From a virus, in the IMG/VR virus record IMGVR_UViG_3300027857_000016, positions 1 through 64,000 of that record: DNA of 64,000 nucleotides; one strand, 5' to 3'. Shown piece after piece: positions 55,647-64,000 of this stretch. A model generated the notes under the pieces. That model made no database searches. It had not been told where the DNA came from and saw only the letters and a program-made list of their open reading frames with translations. A program made the position numbers and the translations under genes. The first letter of the stretch is position 1; every line of letters starts with the position of its first letter.

Positions 55647-58640
55647 ATGCCTTTTACGATTGCAACAACAAACAATGCCCAAGGGACTTCGTACCCGCAG
55701 AACTCAACAGTATCAATTGATGGGAGTGCGACTGCATCTATTTTCTGGTACGACGGAGCACAGATGAACTTTTCTACTGCTTCTCCGCCCTATAGTGCTT
55801 GGTCACATCAGGCGACACTTGAAGCAGGATCATCCCCTGCACTTTCAAGCTTCCCTACAACGCCTGGGCACATTTTGGATGTTGGCGTAATCACTGGGGT
55901 GGGTGTGCAGTGGCACTTCTATCTCAACAACGCAATCAGCCAGAGCGCTAGCGTGGTGAGTGATTCTGCATACACAACGGCAACTCAATCAGCCCAGCAC
56001 TATCGTGATATCCATACCCGCTATTGGGCCGTCGTATCTGATCACACTGGGGGCAGTGTCGAGGTGTATGAAGCGACGACGCCTGGGACGTCGAACTGGA
56101 CTGTCAGTTTCAGTGCCAGCGGTGTTACTGCCACGACTTCTCCCGTTGCGGCCATCTGTGGAAACTTCCTGGTCGTGGCGTATCAGACGGCACCGACTAC
56201 TTTTACCTATGTCCGTATTGATGTCTCTGTGTCAACGCTTGGAAGTTGGAGCACGCCAAAAACGTTCTCCCTTGCCGCATCGACTGCTTCCTCGACCTTC
56301 TGCTTGCGTGGCAACCCATCGGGCAAGGGTATGTTTGTCTACAACGGAACCGCTGGTATTGCGGCGCTCTCCTATGATCCTGTGTCGGATACCTGGGGGA
56401 CGGAAACGGCGCTTACCTCCAACGGCAGTGATACGCAACCGACACTCGCGACGGTTGGCTCCAACTTTTATGCGGTCTGGTGCAGTTATGTTAGTGTGAA
56501 CAACTACTCCATCGACTTCAACGTCTGGCGAGGAGGAACGCAGACGTGGGATATCGATAAGATCAATCTAGTGCCAGCAGGAGCAAACAATCATTTTCCA
56601 CAGGTTGCCTATGGCTCAAATATCATCGGAGTGGCCTACACGGTGGGAACTGCTGCCCCATACAGCATCAATTTTGAGATAGCACTTGCAGACGGAGGAC
56701 TTATCCCACTCTCGCTATATGGCATTAACACTTCTTCTGTCACTCTTTCGACAGCATCTACACTTGCCACACAAACAGGTGGAACGGCGACGGCAACTCC
56801 CATTACTAGCGCTCCGAGTAGTGGGACAAGTCTCTATATGGAAGCGCTCTCGCAAGGTGGCACGGGCAGCACAAGCGCATCCCTTCCAGCGCAAAGCGGC
56901 AAAGGGTGGCTCTACGAATCAACAGTCTTGGAAAACAGGAAAATCCCCGCAGGAAACTGGTCAGCCTTCGTAACCGTCGAGAATGGGTCTCGTATCAACG
57001 GTCAGACGCTTTCTAGTATGACTATTCGGTTCTCTGTGCGCTCGTCATCTGGCGTCTACACGACCATCGGAACTATTGCGCTCACCAATCCTTTCGTCCC
57101 GCACAGTCTTCAGGTGTTCTCATTTCCGGCTACGGCAATGCCAGGTGTGTCCTTTGGTGCTGGGGATAAGCTCTACATAGACTATTTCTATCAAAGCGGG
57201 ACTGGTGCCAATGCATGGGCGAGCGATGCGATGGCAATCACAATGACCTTTGATTATGCACTCGGAATGAGTAATAATCTCCAGGTCGCCACACCTGGGT
57301 ATGAAGCAGACCCTCCGCTTACTGTATACGGGAGTGCCGCTGCGTCTACCACACTTATAACAGCGGATAAGCTAGCCACAACTCTGGGTGGAACAGAAAC
57401 TTCTTCACGGACAACGGCTCCGGCCAGTGGTACAAGTCTTTGGATGGAGGCGCTCAGTCAGGGAGGAACAGGCACAACCAACGCCAGTATTCCTGCGCAA
57501 AGCGGGAACGGATGGCTCCTCGACTCAGCCCTGCTTGAAAATCAGTCCATGAACTCAGGGAACTGGTCAGCCTCCGTCGCGGTGCGGGACTTTACACGAT
57601 CTCTTACGCTCGGAAATATGACTATTCGCTTCTCTAAGCGCTCTTCTGGAGGAGTCTACACCACCATCGGGTCTTTAACACTTGCCAGTCCCGCTGTCAC
57701 AACATCCAGATCTGTGTTTGCATTTAGCGCCACGGCTCTCTCAGGGGTCTCATTCGTGACTGGGGATAAGTTATACCTGGACTTCTTCTACCAATCATCT
57801 GGAACGGCCGGATGGGCCAGTGATGCGATGGACATTTTTATCACGACGGCAAGTACAGCAGGTCTGGCCTCTGACTTGCAGGCAGCCACCCCTGGATATA
57901 CTGCAACACCGAATTATTATGCAACCGTGCTGCGAGATAATCCTATCCGTCTGTACAAACTCAACGAGACAAGCGGAACATCTGTCACGGATTACGGGTC
58001 GCAGGCGCAAAATGGCACCCTTCACGGCACGGTCACCCTCAATCAAGCGAGCATGATCCCCTCAAACGCAGCAGACGGTTCCATGCTCTTTGATGGTACG
58101 ACCGGATACATGCAAGCTGCAACGACAGGGCTTCCAACAGGTGCTCAGGTCTGGAGCATGGAGGGGTGGATTACGATGCCAACGGTGCCTGCAACGGGCA
58201 TCCACATTATGGCTGAGTGGGGAACCAATACCTCCAATGAGGCGGCGGCTATTGGCATCTTTACGGGGGTCATCCGCTTAAATACCTACTCCGCCAATAA
58301 CATTCTCGGCCCAACTGCCGTGAATGGAACAACCTATTATATTGTTGGCACGTACGATGGCACGAACCTGCGCCTTTATGTGAACGGTGCCCTGCAAGGA
58401 TCGCCGCTTGCAGCAACGCCTGCAATTGCGCTGACCTATTGCTACATTGGAACGGAGGATAATGCGGCGGATGACTTCTTCAGCGGGAAAATTCAGGGGG
58501 TTGCTTTCTACAATACTGTCCTAAGCGCTACTCAAGTCTCTACCCACTACAATGCGGGTATCACGATATTTTCTCCGCAAGGGGCCATTGCCTCCCCTGA
58601 ATTGAAAGCAGGAGTCATCACAGGAGGGATTAATAGTTAA
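55647..58640 (+). CDS. Large receptor-binding-like protein with duplicated domains and C-terminal LamG/ConA lectin domain
   Basis: Two about-200-aa repeats (SLYMEALSQGGTG...AQSG.GWL); YKLNETSG...FDG...YIVGTYDG..LRLYVNG...LSATQV..HY. Confidence 0.85.
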   Translation: MPFTIATTNNAQGTSYPQNSTVSIDGSATASIFWYDGAQMNFSTASPPYSAWSHQATLEAGSSPALSSFPTTPGHILDVGVITGVGVQWHFYLNNAISQSASVVSDSAYTTATQSAQHYRDIHTRYWAVVSDHTGGSVEVYEATTPGTSNWTVSFSASGVTATTSPVAAICGNFLVVAYQTAPTTFTYVRIDVSVSTLGSWSTPKTFSLAASTASSTFCLRGNPSGKGMFVYNGTAGIAALSYDPVSDTWGTETALTSNGSDTQPTLATVGSNFYAVWCSYVSVNNYSIDFNVWRGGTQTWDIDKINLVPAGANNHFPQVAYGSNIIGVAYTVGTAAPYSINFEIALADGGLIPLSLYGINTSSVTLSTASTLATQTGGTATATPITSAPSSGTSLYMEALSQGGTGSTSASLPAQSGKGWLYESTVLENRKIPAGNWSAFVTVENGSRINGQTLSSMTIRFSVRSSSGVYTTIGTIALTNPFVPHSLQVFSFPATAMPGVSFGAGDKLYIDYFYQSGTGANAWASDAMAITMTFDYALGMSNNLQVATPGYEADPPLTVYGSAAASTTLITADKLATTLGGTETSSRTTAPASGTSLWMEALSQGGTGTTNASIPAQSGNGWLLDSALLENQSMNSGNWSASVAVRDFTRSLTLGNMTIRFSKRSSGGVYTTIGSLTLASPAVTTSRSVFAFSATALSGVSFVTGDKLYLDFFYQSSGTAGWASDAMDIFITTASTAGLASDLQAATPGYTATPNYYATVLRDNPIRLYKLNETSGTSVTDYGSQAQNGTLHGTVTLNQASMIPSNAADGSMLFDGTTGYMQAATTGLPTGAQVWSMEGWITMPTVPATGIHIMAEWGTNTSNEAAAIGIFTGVIRLNTYSANNILGPTAVNGTTYYIVGTYDGTNLRLYVNGALQGSPLAATPAIALTYCYIGTEDNAADDFFSGKIQGVAFYNTVLSATQVSTHYNAGITIFSPQGAIASPELKAGVITGGINS

Positions 58641-58882
58641 TGCCTGTACTCACCATTCCCCGCACATTTGGGGGAACCCTTTTGATCACCCTGGCAGGGC
58701 CAACGAGCCAGATGGCATCTCTGGCAATTACGGCACTGTTCCGTGATGGTCAAATGGGAGGTGTATGGCGTGATGGTGAAGTTTCATCGCTTGGGCGTGA
58801 TGGACAGGTTCAGGCGAGATCTCGTGACGGTGAAGTGTCTTCAGCCGGGCGTGATGGGGTGATTGTGATGGGAGGGAGGTAG
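58640..58882 (+). CDS. Small protein with five 9-aa RDG repeats
   Basis: RDGQMGGVW-RDGEVSSLG-RDGQVQARS-RDGEVSSAG-RDG; TAATG overlap. Confidence 0.6.
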   Translation: MPVLTIPRTFGGTLLITLAGPTSQMASLAITALFRDGQMGGVWRDGEVSSLGRDGQVQARSRDGEVSSAGRDGVIVMGGR

Positions 58883-58885
58883 CAC

Positions 58886-59206
58886 GTGCCAATTAGCCCG
58901 TGGGCGCTTGGGCAACTCAGTCCTGTTTGGACCATCGTCATGGCAAGAGACAGCAAACCAATGGATCTCACGGGTGTGACCACGAATCAATTGAGTTTGC
59001 TCATCTATAACGCCAATCATGTGCAGATAGGTACGGGAGCAGGCACCTTTGTGATTGTTGATGTCAATCCAGGGGTCGTGACATATCAATTGGTTTCTGC
59101 TGACCTTCCGCTCACGACTGGCACCTATTACTTACGTGTGAAGATCAACTTTAATAATGTCTCGCCTGACATGAGCGATTACATCAACTGGGTCATCCAG
59201 GCGTGA
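58886..59206 (+). CDS. BppU N-terminal-like Ig-fold protein
   Basis: PMDLTG.T...GVVTYQL...DL...GTYY. Confidence 0.7.
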   Translation: MPISPWALGQLSPVWTIVMARDSKPMDLTGVTTNQLSLLIYNANHVQIGTGAGTFVIVDVNPGVVTYQLVSADLPLTTGTYYLRVKINFNNVSPDMSDYINWVIQA

Positions 59207-59233
59207 GGAATAGAGGAGAAAGGTGGTGAGTGT

Positions 59234-59656
59234 ATGGCGGATGGACTAATCAATGTTGCTTTTGATGCAGCGTCACTTGGGATCATTGACCATCTCGGTC
59301 AGTTCGGAACATTTCTTGAACCTGAGATAGCGTCAGCTATGACCAAGATTGGCGATCTATTAGTGGCTGCGGCCGAGGCAAACACATGGACCGCCTTCCA
59401 AAATCCCACGGGGCATCTCGCCTCTCAAATTGCCGCACAACTCCAAGGTCCGCTAGAAGTGATTATCACGGTAGATGTTCCCTATGCCTGGAGGCTGGAG
59501 GAGGGCTTCCACGGGGCTGATTCTCTAGGGCGTGTCTACGACGAAGTTGCTGAACCGTACGCCATGCCCGCATTGATGGCAAACGAAGATGAGATTATGG
59601 TAATCGTGGGGCTTGCTACTGCTGAAGCGTTTGCTTCGATGGGTGGGGGGGTGTAG
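59234..59656 (+). CDS. HK97 gp10-like neck/tail completion protein
   Basis: TGHLASQI...VPYAWRLEEG...PYAMPAL. Confidence 0.75.
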   Translation: MADGLINVAFDAASLGIIDHLGQFGTFLEPEIASAMTKIGDLLVAAAEANTWTAFQNPTGHLASQIAAQLQGPLEVIITVDVPYAWRLEEGFHGADSLGRVYDEVAEPYAMPALMANEDEIMVIVGLATAEAFASMGGGV

Positions 59657-59657
59657 A

Positions 59658-60152
59658 GTGCCAGCACCGAATCAGCCTTCAACGATTGCGGTTGCTCAGG
59701 CAATAGCAGGTTTTGCACAGTCCCTTGTCTATCCTTCAGGGATCTTGGTGTATAGCATCGTTTCACTGGGTGAGCAAAAGGACATTACCACAAATGTAGC
59801 AGGAGGAAATGCGTGCTTGGAGGTCTATGCAAACAAGGATGATTCACAACGGCATGCCTTCGGAGGCAAAATTTGGGATGAGCAGACATGGTTTCTGCTC
59901 TCCCTTGTCGGGCTGGACAATGCACAAGCAGCAGAGACCTTGATCTATGCCGTACGTGATGCGCTTGTTCAACCATTTCAGACCCATGCAACCCTCGGAA
60001 ATGCAGGCAGCGTCTTTCACGCGCAACTCAAGCCGGGAACAGGAAGGTTCCTCAAAGTACTGCGAAATGGGCAATGGCTGCGAGCACATTTAGTCGAGGT
60101 GATGTCACGTTCAGAATGGTTTGTTATAACACCACCGGGAATAACAGCATGA
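59658..60152 (+). CDS. Tail terminator protein, probable
   Basis: Size and position between the gp10-like and tail tube genes. Confidence 0.6.
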   Translation: MPAPNQPSTIAVAQAIAGFAQSLVYPSGILVYSIVSLGEQKDITTNVAGGNACLEVYANKDDSQRHAFGGKIWDEQTWFLLSLVGLDNAQAAETLIYAVRDALVQPFQTHATLGNAGSVFHAQLKPGTGRFLKVLRNGQWLRAHLVEVMSRSEWFVITPPGITA

Positions 60153-60448
60153 GTATACAAACATATAGTTTTTATGGGTCAAGTGGTGTGATCCCTGGCG
60201 TCCCTGGACAATTCAGTGCAGGAACATGGGTCACGATTGATACGACAACCATGCAGATTACTGCCCAGGGGTTTCTGGCACCCATCTTCTCACCATCGGT
60301 GAGTGATGTGGATGAGACCTTTATGGACTATGGCGAGGCTGGTGTTATTCCAGAGGTCGCCAATCAACCCATAGATGCAGGGCAGATTGAGGTGGTTGAC
60401 GCAACCACAGATACGGTGGTCAGTGATCACTTTTTGCCATCATCATAG
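60149..60448 (+). CDS. Hypothetical structural-region protein
   Basis: ATGA overlap. Confidence 0.55.
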   Translation: MSIQTYSFYGSSGVIPGVPGQFSAGTWVTIDTTTMQITAQGFLAPIFSPSVSDVDETFMDYGEAGVIPEVANQPIDAGQIEVVDATTDTVVSDHFLPSS

Positions 60449-60531
60449 AGACATGTTGTCTTTTATTCTGTTCATAGTGTGAAGGCTACCTCTTGTGAGG
60501 TGGTGGGAGATGGAAGGGAGAACATAAGAGT

Positions 60532-62133
60532 ATGCCTATTTCGGCCACCGCTGCACGCGGAATCGTTGATATTATGCTAGAGGCGAATAACGGTGAACAG
60601 TTATTACTTGCCTCTACTCCGGTTATTGCAACAATAACCGGCATCACTGCTCCTAGTGGTAGTACGGGTATGAGATTTCACATACGCATTACCAATTGGA
60701 CGGCTTCTGGGACCGTGACGATTACTGGCACTGGCACACCAGGCAACACGGAGACCTACAACATTGCCGCTCCAACTGCTCAACAGACCCAGAGTGCGCA
60801 GTTAGCAAGCAATGAGTATGTCAGTGTGAATGCCTACACGGCAATCACGAATATTACCACCACTGGACTCACCAACGGCACTATCACTGTGTATGGTATT
60901 TACGCTGGCAAGTTTACCGTGCCTTCCATCATGACCTCCAACCGTGTGGTGAAAGTCTATAGCCCGAACGAGCACAATAGTTTCCTGGAGCGTGACAAGA
61001 AGATCCTTCACCTTGTGAACAACACGACTGTTGATCTCAAGCAAGACGTCTACGCGGATTTGAGCTTGTGGTGGCCCTACATGATGATGGGGGCACCTAC
61101 CATCACGACGTTGCCATCCACACCCACGTCGCTCTTTGCTGCTGCTGCCATCTCGGCAACCCAGTCTCTGACGACACAGCCAACGGCACCGGGCATGAAG
61201 CTCATCTTTACCATTACTGCCTTTACCGTTGCAGGAACATTGACCATTGCCGGGACATCCTATGGTCAAGCAGTGACCGAAACAATTTCCATCACTGCTG
61301 CCGGTACCTACTACTCTAGCAATGTCTATTCTGCGGTGAATGCTTCTGGTATTACCAACGCCACGACGGCTGCGACGATGGCGATAACTGGCGTCTATGG
61401 CTGGCAGTTGGTCTTCTTATCAGGCGGCAACCTCTATAGTGCAGCGATTGAGTGGTACGACGGTGCAGGCTCATGGACGCATCCATTCTCCTTCGCCACT
61501 GAGGGCGATTTCGATATCAAGGTCCAGACGGAGGCGACCCTGACCCTCAAAGGCAAGGCACAAGACAAATTGCCAATTGGCGATAGAACGACGACCCCAC
61601 TTACGGGCGTGAATCGTATCGCCTCCATCGGTGCCAACCTCAACGATGAGCCAATTGTGGGATGGCAAAGTGCTGTGTATCTTGACCCTATTACGGGCAC
61701 GTCGCAAACGACCGCCTTTATACACTGCGAGGAGTTAAAGGTCGCCCTCAAGGTGCCGCAAGAAGATCATTTTACCTTTACGAATAGCCAGAACTACAAC
61801 AGGGCCTATGCCGTCAAGCGGGAATGCACCTGTGAGGCCGTCCTCGATTTCATCGATATGCTGCAGTGGGAACAATTCAGGCAAAACCTCAAGCAGTACC
61901 TCGCCTTCCAGTTTTTGGGTCAGTACATCGGGACCACGGGTGGGTCAGCGCAATTCAAAAGTTGGACTTGGACGCTTCCTGTCCGAAGTGATGGGCAATT
62001 CGATGTGACCTCTGATCCAGCAAAGGGCAACGTGCAAGCCAAGGCGATGTTTAGGACGGAATATGATTCGTCACTGGGGGGGAGCTACAAACTCGTGGTG
62101 GTTACACAACTTCCGCCTACCTACCCCGCGTGA
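60532..62133 (+). CDS. Tail tube protein with two inserted Thr-rich domains
   Basis: Position before the chaperone and tape measure; duplicated GM....IT..T..GT.TI.GT...TET..I inserts. Confidence 0.8.
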   Translation: MPISATAARGIVDIMLEANNGEQLLLASTPVIATITGITAPSGSTGMRFHIRITNWTASGTVTITGTGTPGNTETYNIAAPTAQQTQSAQLASNEYVSVNAYTAITNITTTGLTNGTITVYGIYAGKFTVPSIMTSNRVVKVYSPNEHNSFLERDKKILHLVNNTTVDLKQDVYADLSLWWPYMMMGAPTITTLPSTPTSLFAAAAISATQSLTTQPTAPGMKLIFTITAFTVAGTLTIAGTSYGQAVTETISITAAGTYYSSNVYSAVNASGITNATTAATMAITGVYGWQLVFLSGGNLYSAAIEWYDGAGSWTHPFSFATEGDFDIKVQTEATLTLKGKAQDKLPIGDRTTTPLTGVNRIASIGANLNDEPIVGWQSAVYLDPITGTSQTTAFIHCEELKVALKVPQEDHFTFTNSQNYNRAYAVKRECTCEAVLDFIDMLQWEQFRQNLKQYLAFQFLGQYIGTTGGSAQFKSWTWTLPVRSDGQFDVTSDPAKGNVQAKAMFRTEYDSSLGGSYKLVVVTQLPPTYPA

Positions 62134-63050
62134 TCTGACCATAAAGTAGGAGCATCAGAAGGAGGTAATTTTTTTATGGCATTTCGCTTTTTGTGTGCTA
62201 AGGACATCTTAGCACGGGTTTCAGGCGAGGGTTTTCGCCCTCGACTAGCATTGCCTATGGCACGACAATGCTCTTCAGAAAGTTTCCTCCCTTTGAGCGA
62301 GGTGGACGTTTTTGCCCGTGTCTCATCTGACTTTTTCCGCCCTCTGCTTGCCTTAGCCATATTAGCACGGGCTTCAGCAGAAAAAGGTTTACGCTTTACG
62401 CCTTTCTTTGCTTCAGATATGTTTTTGCATTCTTCCTGTGATTTCACACGTCCTTTATGGGCTTTTGAGATTTTAGCACGAGCTTCTAGTGAGGGCGTCA
62501 CACCTTTCATGCCTGCTCGTATGTTTTCTTTCCATTCGGAAGAAAAAGGTGGGCGTTTTCGACCTTTTGTCGTAGCAGACATCTTAGCTTTGGTTTCATC
62601 CGATAAATGCTTTCCCTTATTCGCTTCGGAAAGTCTTTGCGCTAAATCAGTTGTCGCGTACGCATTTCTCACGCTCGCAGAAATCTTTGCCCTGATCTCT
62701 GGTGTCAATGATTTCATTCCAATTCCACCCGGAGCTTCATTTGTGAGAGGTGCTCCTTGAGAACGGTAGTATTGAATCCAGTATTGCTCACGCTCTTGCC
62801 ATTCATCGACAGAGACTTCATCGATGATATCCAGGAGTGGTTCCAATCCGAGCGATTTGAGATGTTTGACCCAGCGGCCTCTATGTGTCGCTTCTTCGCT
62901 ATTCCTAATATGTACTCTCAATCGGTGCTGGGGATCATTCGACTTGCCCACGTATCGAACTTCGCGTGTGACAGGATCGCTAAGGATGTATATCCAGGTA
63001 GTTTGAGGGAGAGGGTTGTCCAATTGATCATGAGGTGGTACAGTGTCCAC
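62121..63050 (-). CDS. GIY-YIG homing endonuclease with NUMOD3 repeats (antisense to the tail operon)
   Basis: WIYILSDP....RYVGKS..P..RL..H...EREQYWI...LTN..PGG; many KG....S.E.RAK.S repeats; GTG start after AAGGAG. Confidence 0.92.
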   Translation of the reverse strand: MDTVPPHDQLDNPLPQTTWIYILSDPVTREVRYVGKSNDPQHRLRVHIRNSEEATHRGRWVKHLKSLGLEPLLDIIDEVSVDEWQEREQYWIQYYRSQGAPLTNEAPGGIGMKSLTPEIRAKISASVRNAYATTDLAQRLSEANKGKHLSDETKAKMSATTKGRKRPPFSSEWKENIRAGMKGVTPSLEARAKISKAHKGRVKSQEECKNISEAKKGVKRKPFSAEARANMAKASRGRKKSDETRAKTSTSLKGRKLSEEHCRAIGNASRGRKPSPETRAKMSLAHKKRNAIKKLPPSDAPTLWSDHAG

Positions 63051-63263
63051 GATATGTCTCCTTATACAGACGTATCCACGCCAGGGGATGGGTCCAACCA
63101 TCGCTCTGGCACAACATTTTACCTCCTCAGTATACCACATACCAAACATTCGTTCAAGCAATTTCACCGTATAATTTCTTGTTTTTCGTTACTCAAAAAC
63201 AGAAAACAAGAAGGGCGATACTAATTAAGATGATGTTGATAGAAGTGATGAGGAGAGAACAAC

Positions 63264-63716
63264 ATGGGTGCATTTGATGATGCAGCGAATATTCTGCTGC
63301 CAGATCCGAGCGATACAGAAGGGTCAGCAGCATTCCGTCGAAAGTGGGGATGGGATGCACACGAGCAGGTCATCCTGAAAGGGGCGTACACGGCAGGAGA
63401 TCTCGAAGCCGTTTCCAATGCTGTGCTCGTGAGTGGAAAGAGGGGCGAGAGCATTATGCAGGCAGGAGCGACTCGCATTAAGTTGCTTGATCGTCTCATT
63501 CTCGATTGGACCTTTGCTCGCAATGGGGTCAAGGTGCCAAAGACACTCGATGCCATCAGACGTCTTCCTGCAAACTACACCACGCCCATTCTTGAGGCCT
63601 GTGACAAGTTGGCATCAGCCATGAATGAGGAGGAGCAGGAGGATTTTTTGGACTTTGTGAACGGGCATTCCTCGGACGACTCCGTACCGATGAAACTGCT
63701 CCAGAAGCGATCATAG
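63264..63716 (+). CDS. Tail assembly chaperone (gpG-like)
   Basis: ILDWTF..NG..VP.T...I..LP; position before the tape measure. Confidence 0.8.
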   Translation: MGAFDDAANILLPDPSDTEGSAAFRRKWGWDAHEQVILKGAYTAGDLEAVSNAVLVSGKRGESIMQAGATRIKLLDRLILDWTFARNGVKVPKTLDAIRRLPANYTTPILEACDKLASAMNEEEQEDFLDFVNGHSSDDSVPMKLLQKRS

Positions 63717-63874
63717 AGGCAGAGTTGTGGCCGCTCTTTGGTGGCTATTGGGGGTACCAGGCGGCACCAGTACGCAAAACCATCGAGCAGCGTCTGGTCT
63801 TCTTTGCTCGCACGTCAGCGGAGAAGCAAATCCAAGAAAGACAAGAAGCGGAATATCGGCTACAGACGCGATAA
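63644..63874 (+). CDS. -1 programmed frameshift extension (gpGT-like)
   Basis: Slippery T TTT TTG at 63644-63650; -1 frame open to TAA 63874 (FFGLCERAF...ELWPLFGGYWGYQAAP...RLQTR). Confidence 0.8.
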   Translation, partial: FFGLCERAFLGRLRTDETAPEAIIEAELWPLFGGYWGYQAAPVRKTIEQRLVFFARTSAEKQIQERQEAEYRLQTR

Positions 63875-63893
63875 GTGGCGTAGAAGGTGATAA

Positions 63894-64000
63894 GTGGCAG
63901 CAGGTGACATCGCAATACAAATGACGATCACGGCGGTGGATGCCGCGTCATCGATTGTGGGGAATATCGCTGACAGCCTCTCAAAACTTCCTGGTGGACT
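63894..64000 (+). CDS. Tape measure protein, N-terminus (truncated by the window)
   Basis: GTG start with AAGGTGA RBS; MAAGDIAIQMTITAVDAASSIVGNI. Confidence 0.75.
   Translation, partial: MAAGDIAIQMTITAVDAASSIVGNIADSLSKLPGG

Noticed and set aside
62176-63224. + strand ORFs between the tail tube and chaperone
   Set aside because: Antisense shadows of the clearly recognisable minus-strand GIY-YIG gene.
63727-63924. 65-aa ORF after the chaperone
   Set aside because: Wrong frame; the -1 frameshift frame and the tape measure start explain the region.

Overview
The window is a contiguous 64 kb stretch of a tailed dsDNA phage, probably a temperate phage or phage-plasmid. It has siphovirus-type tail genes, no integrase and no host housekeeping genes. 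The host is tentatively a filamentous soil Chloroflexota (Ktedonobacteria-like); this is inferred from protein style and was not checked. The left part (1-26 kb) is an early/accessory region organised around three divergent promoter pairs, each next to a MerR/Xis-type HTH gene. It encodes a DUF932 protein, an orphan OmpR response regulator, a tRNA-like RNA with a 26-nt extension in the anticodon arm, a ParB-methyltransferase fusion, a CoiA-like nuclease and a replication initiator with internal 21-bp iterons. The most notable block is at 21.1-25.7 kb: secreted muramidase, membrane protein, membrane-anchored HerA/FtsK ATPase, a GAGAG repeat locus, an SpdB2-like protein and a small TM protein. 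It mirrors the Streptomyces TraB/clt/Spd hyphal DNA-transfer system but sits in a phage genome. The right part (27-64 kb) is morphogenesis: TerS, TerL, an enlarged portal, MuF-like protein, protease/scaffold, capsid, a large block of fibre/decoration genes, neck, tail tube, a G/GT chaperone with a -1 slippery site, and the start of the tape measure gene. Four free-standing homing endonucleases interrupt this region. Three of them share a leader made of a promoter, a structured RNA, an RBS-occluding hairpin and an antisense promoter. All family assignments come from motif recognition by eye; no searches were run.
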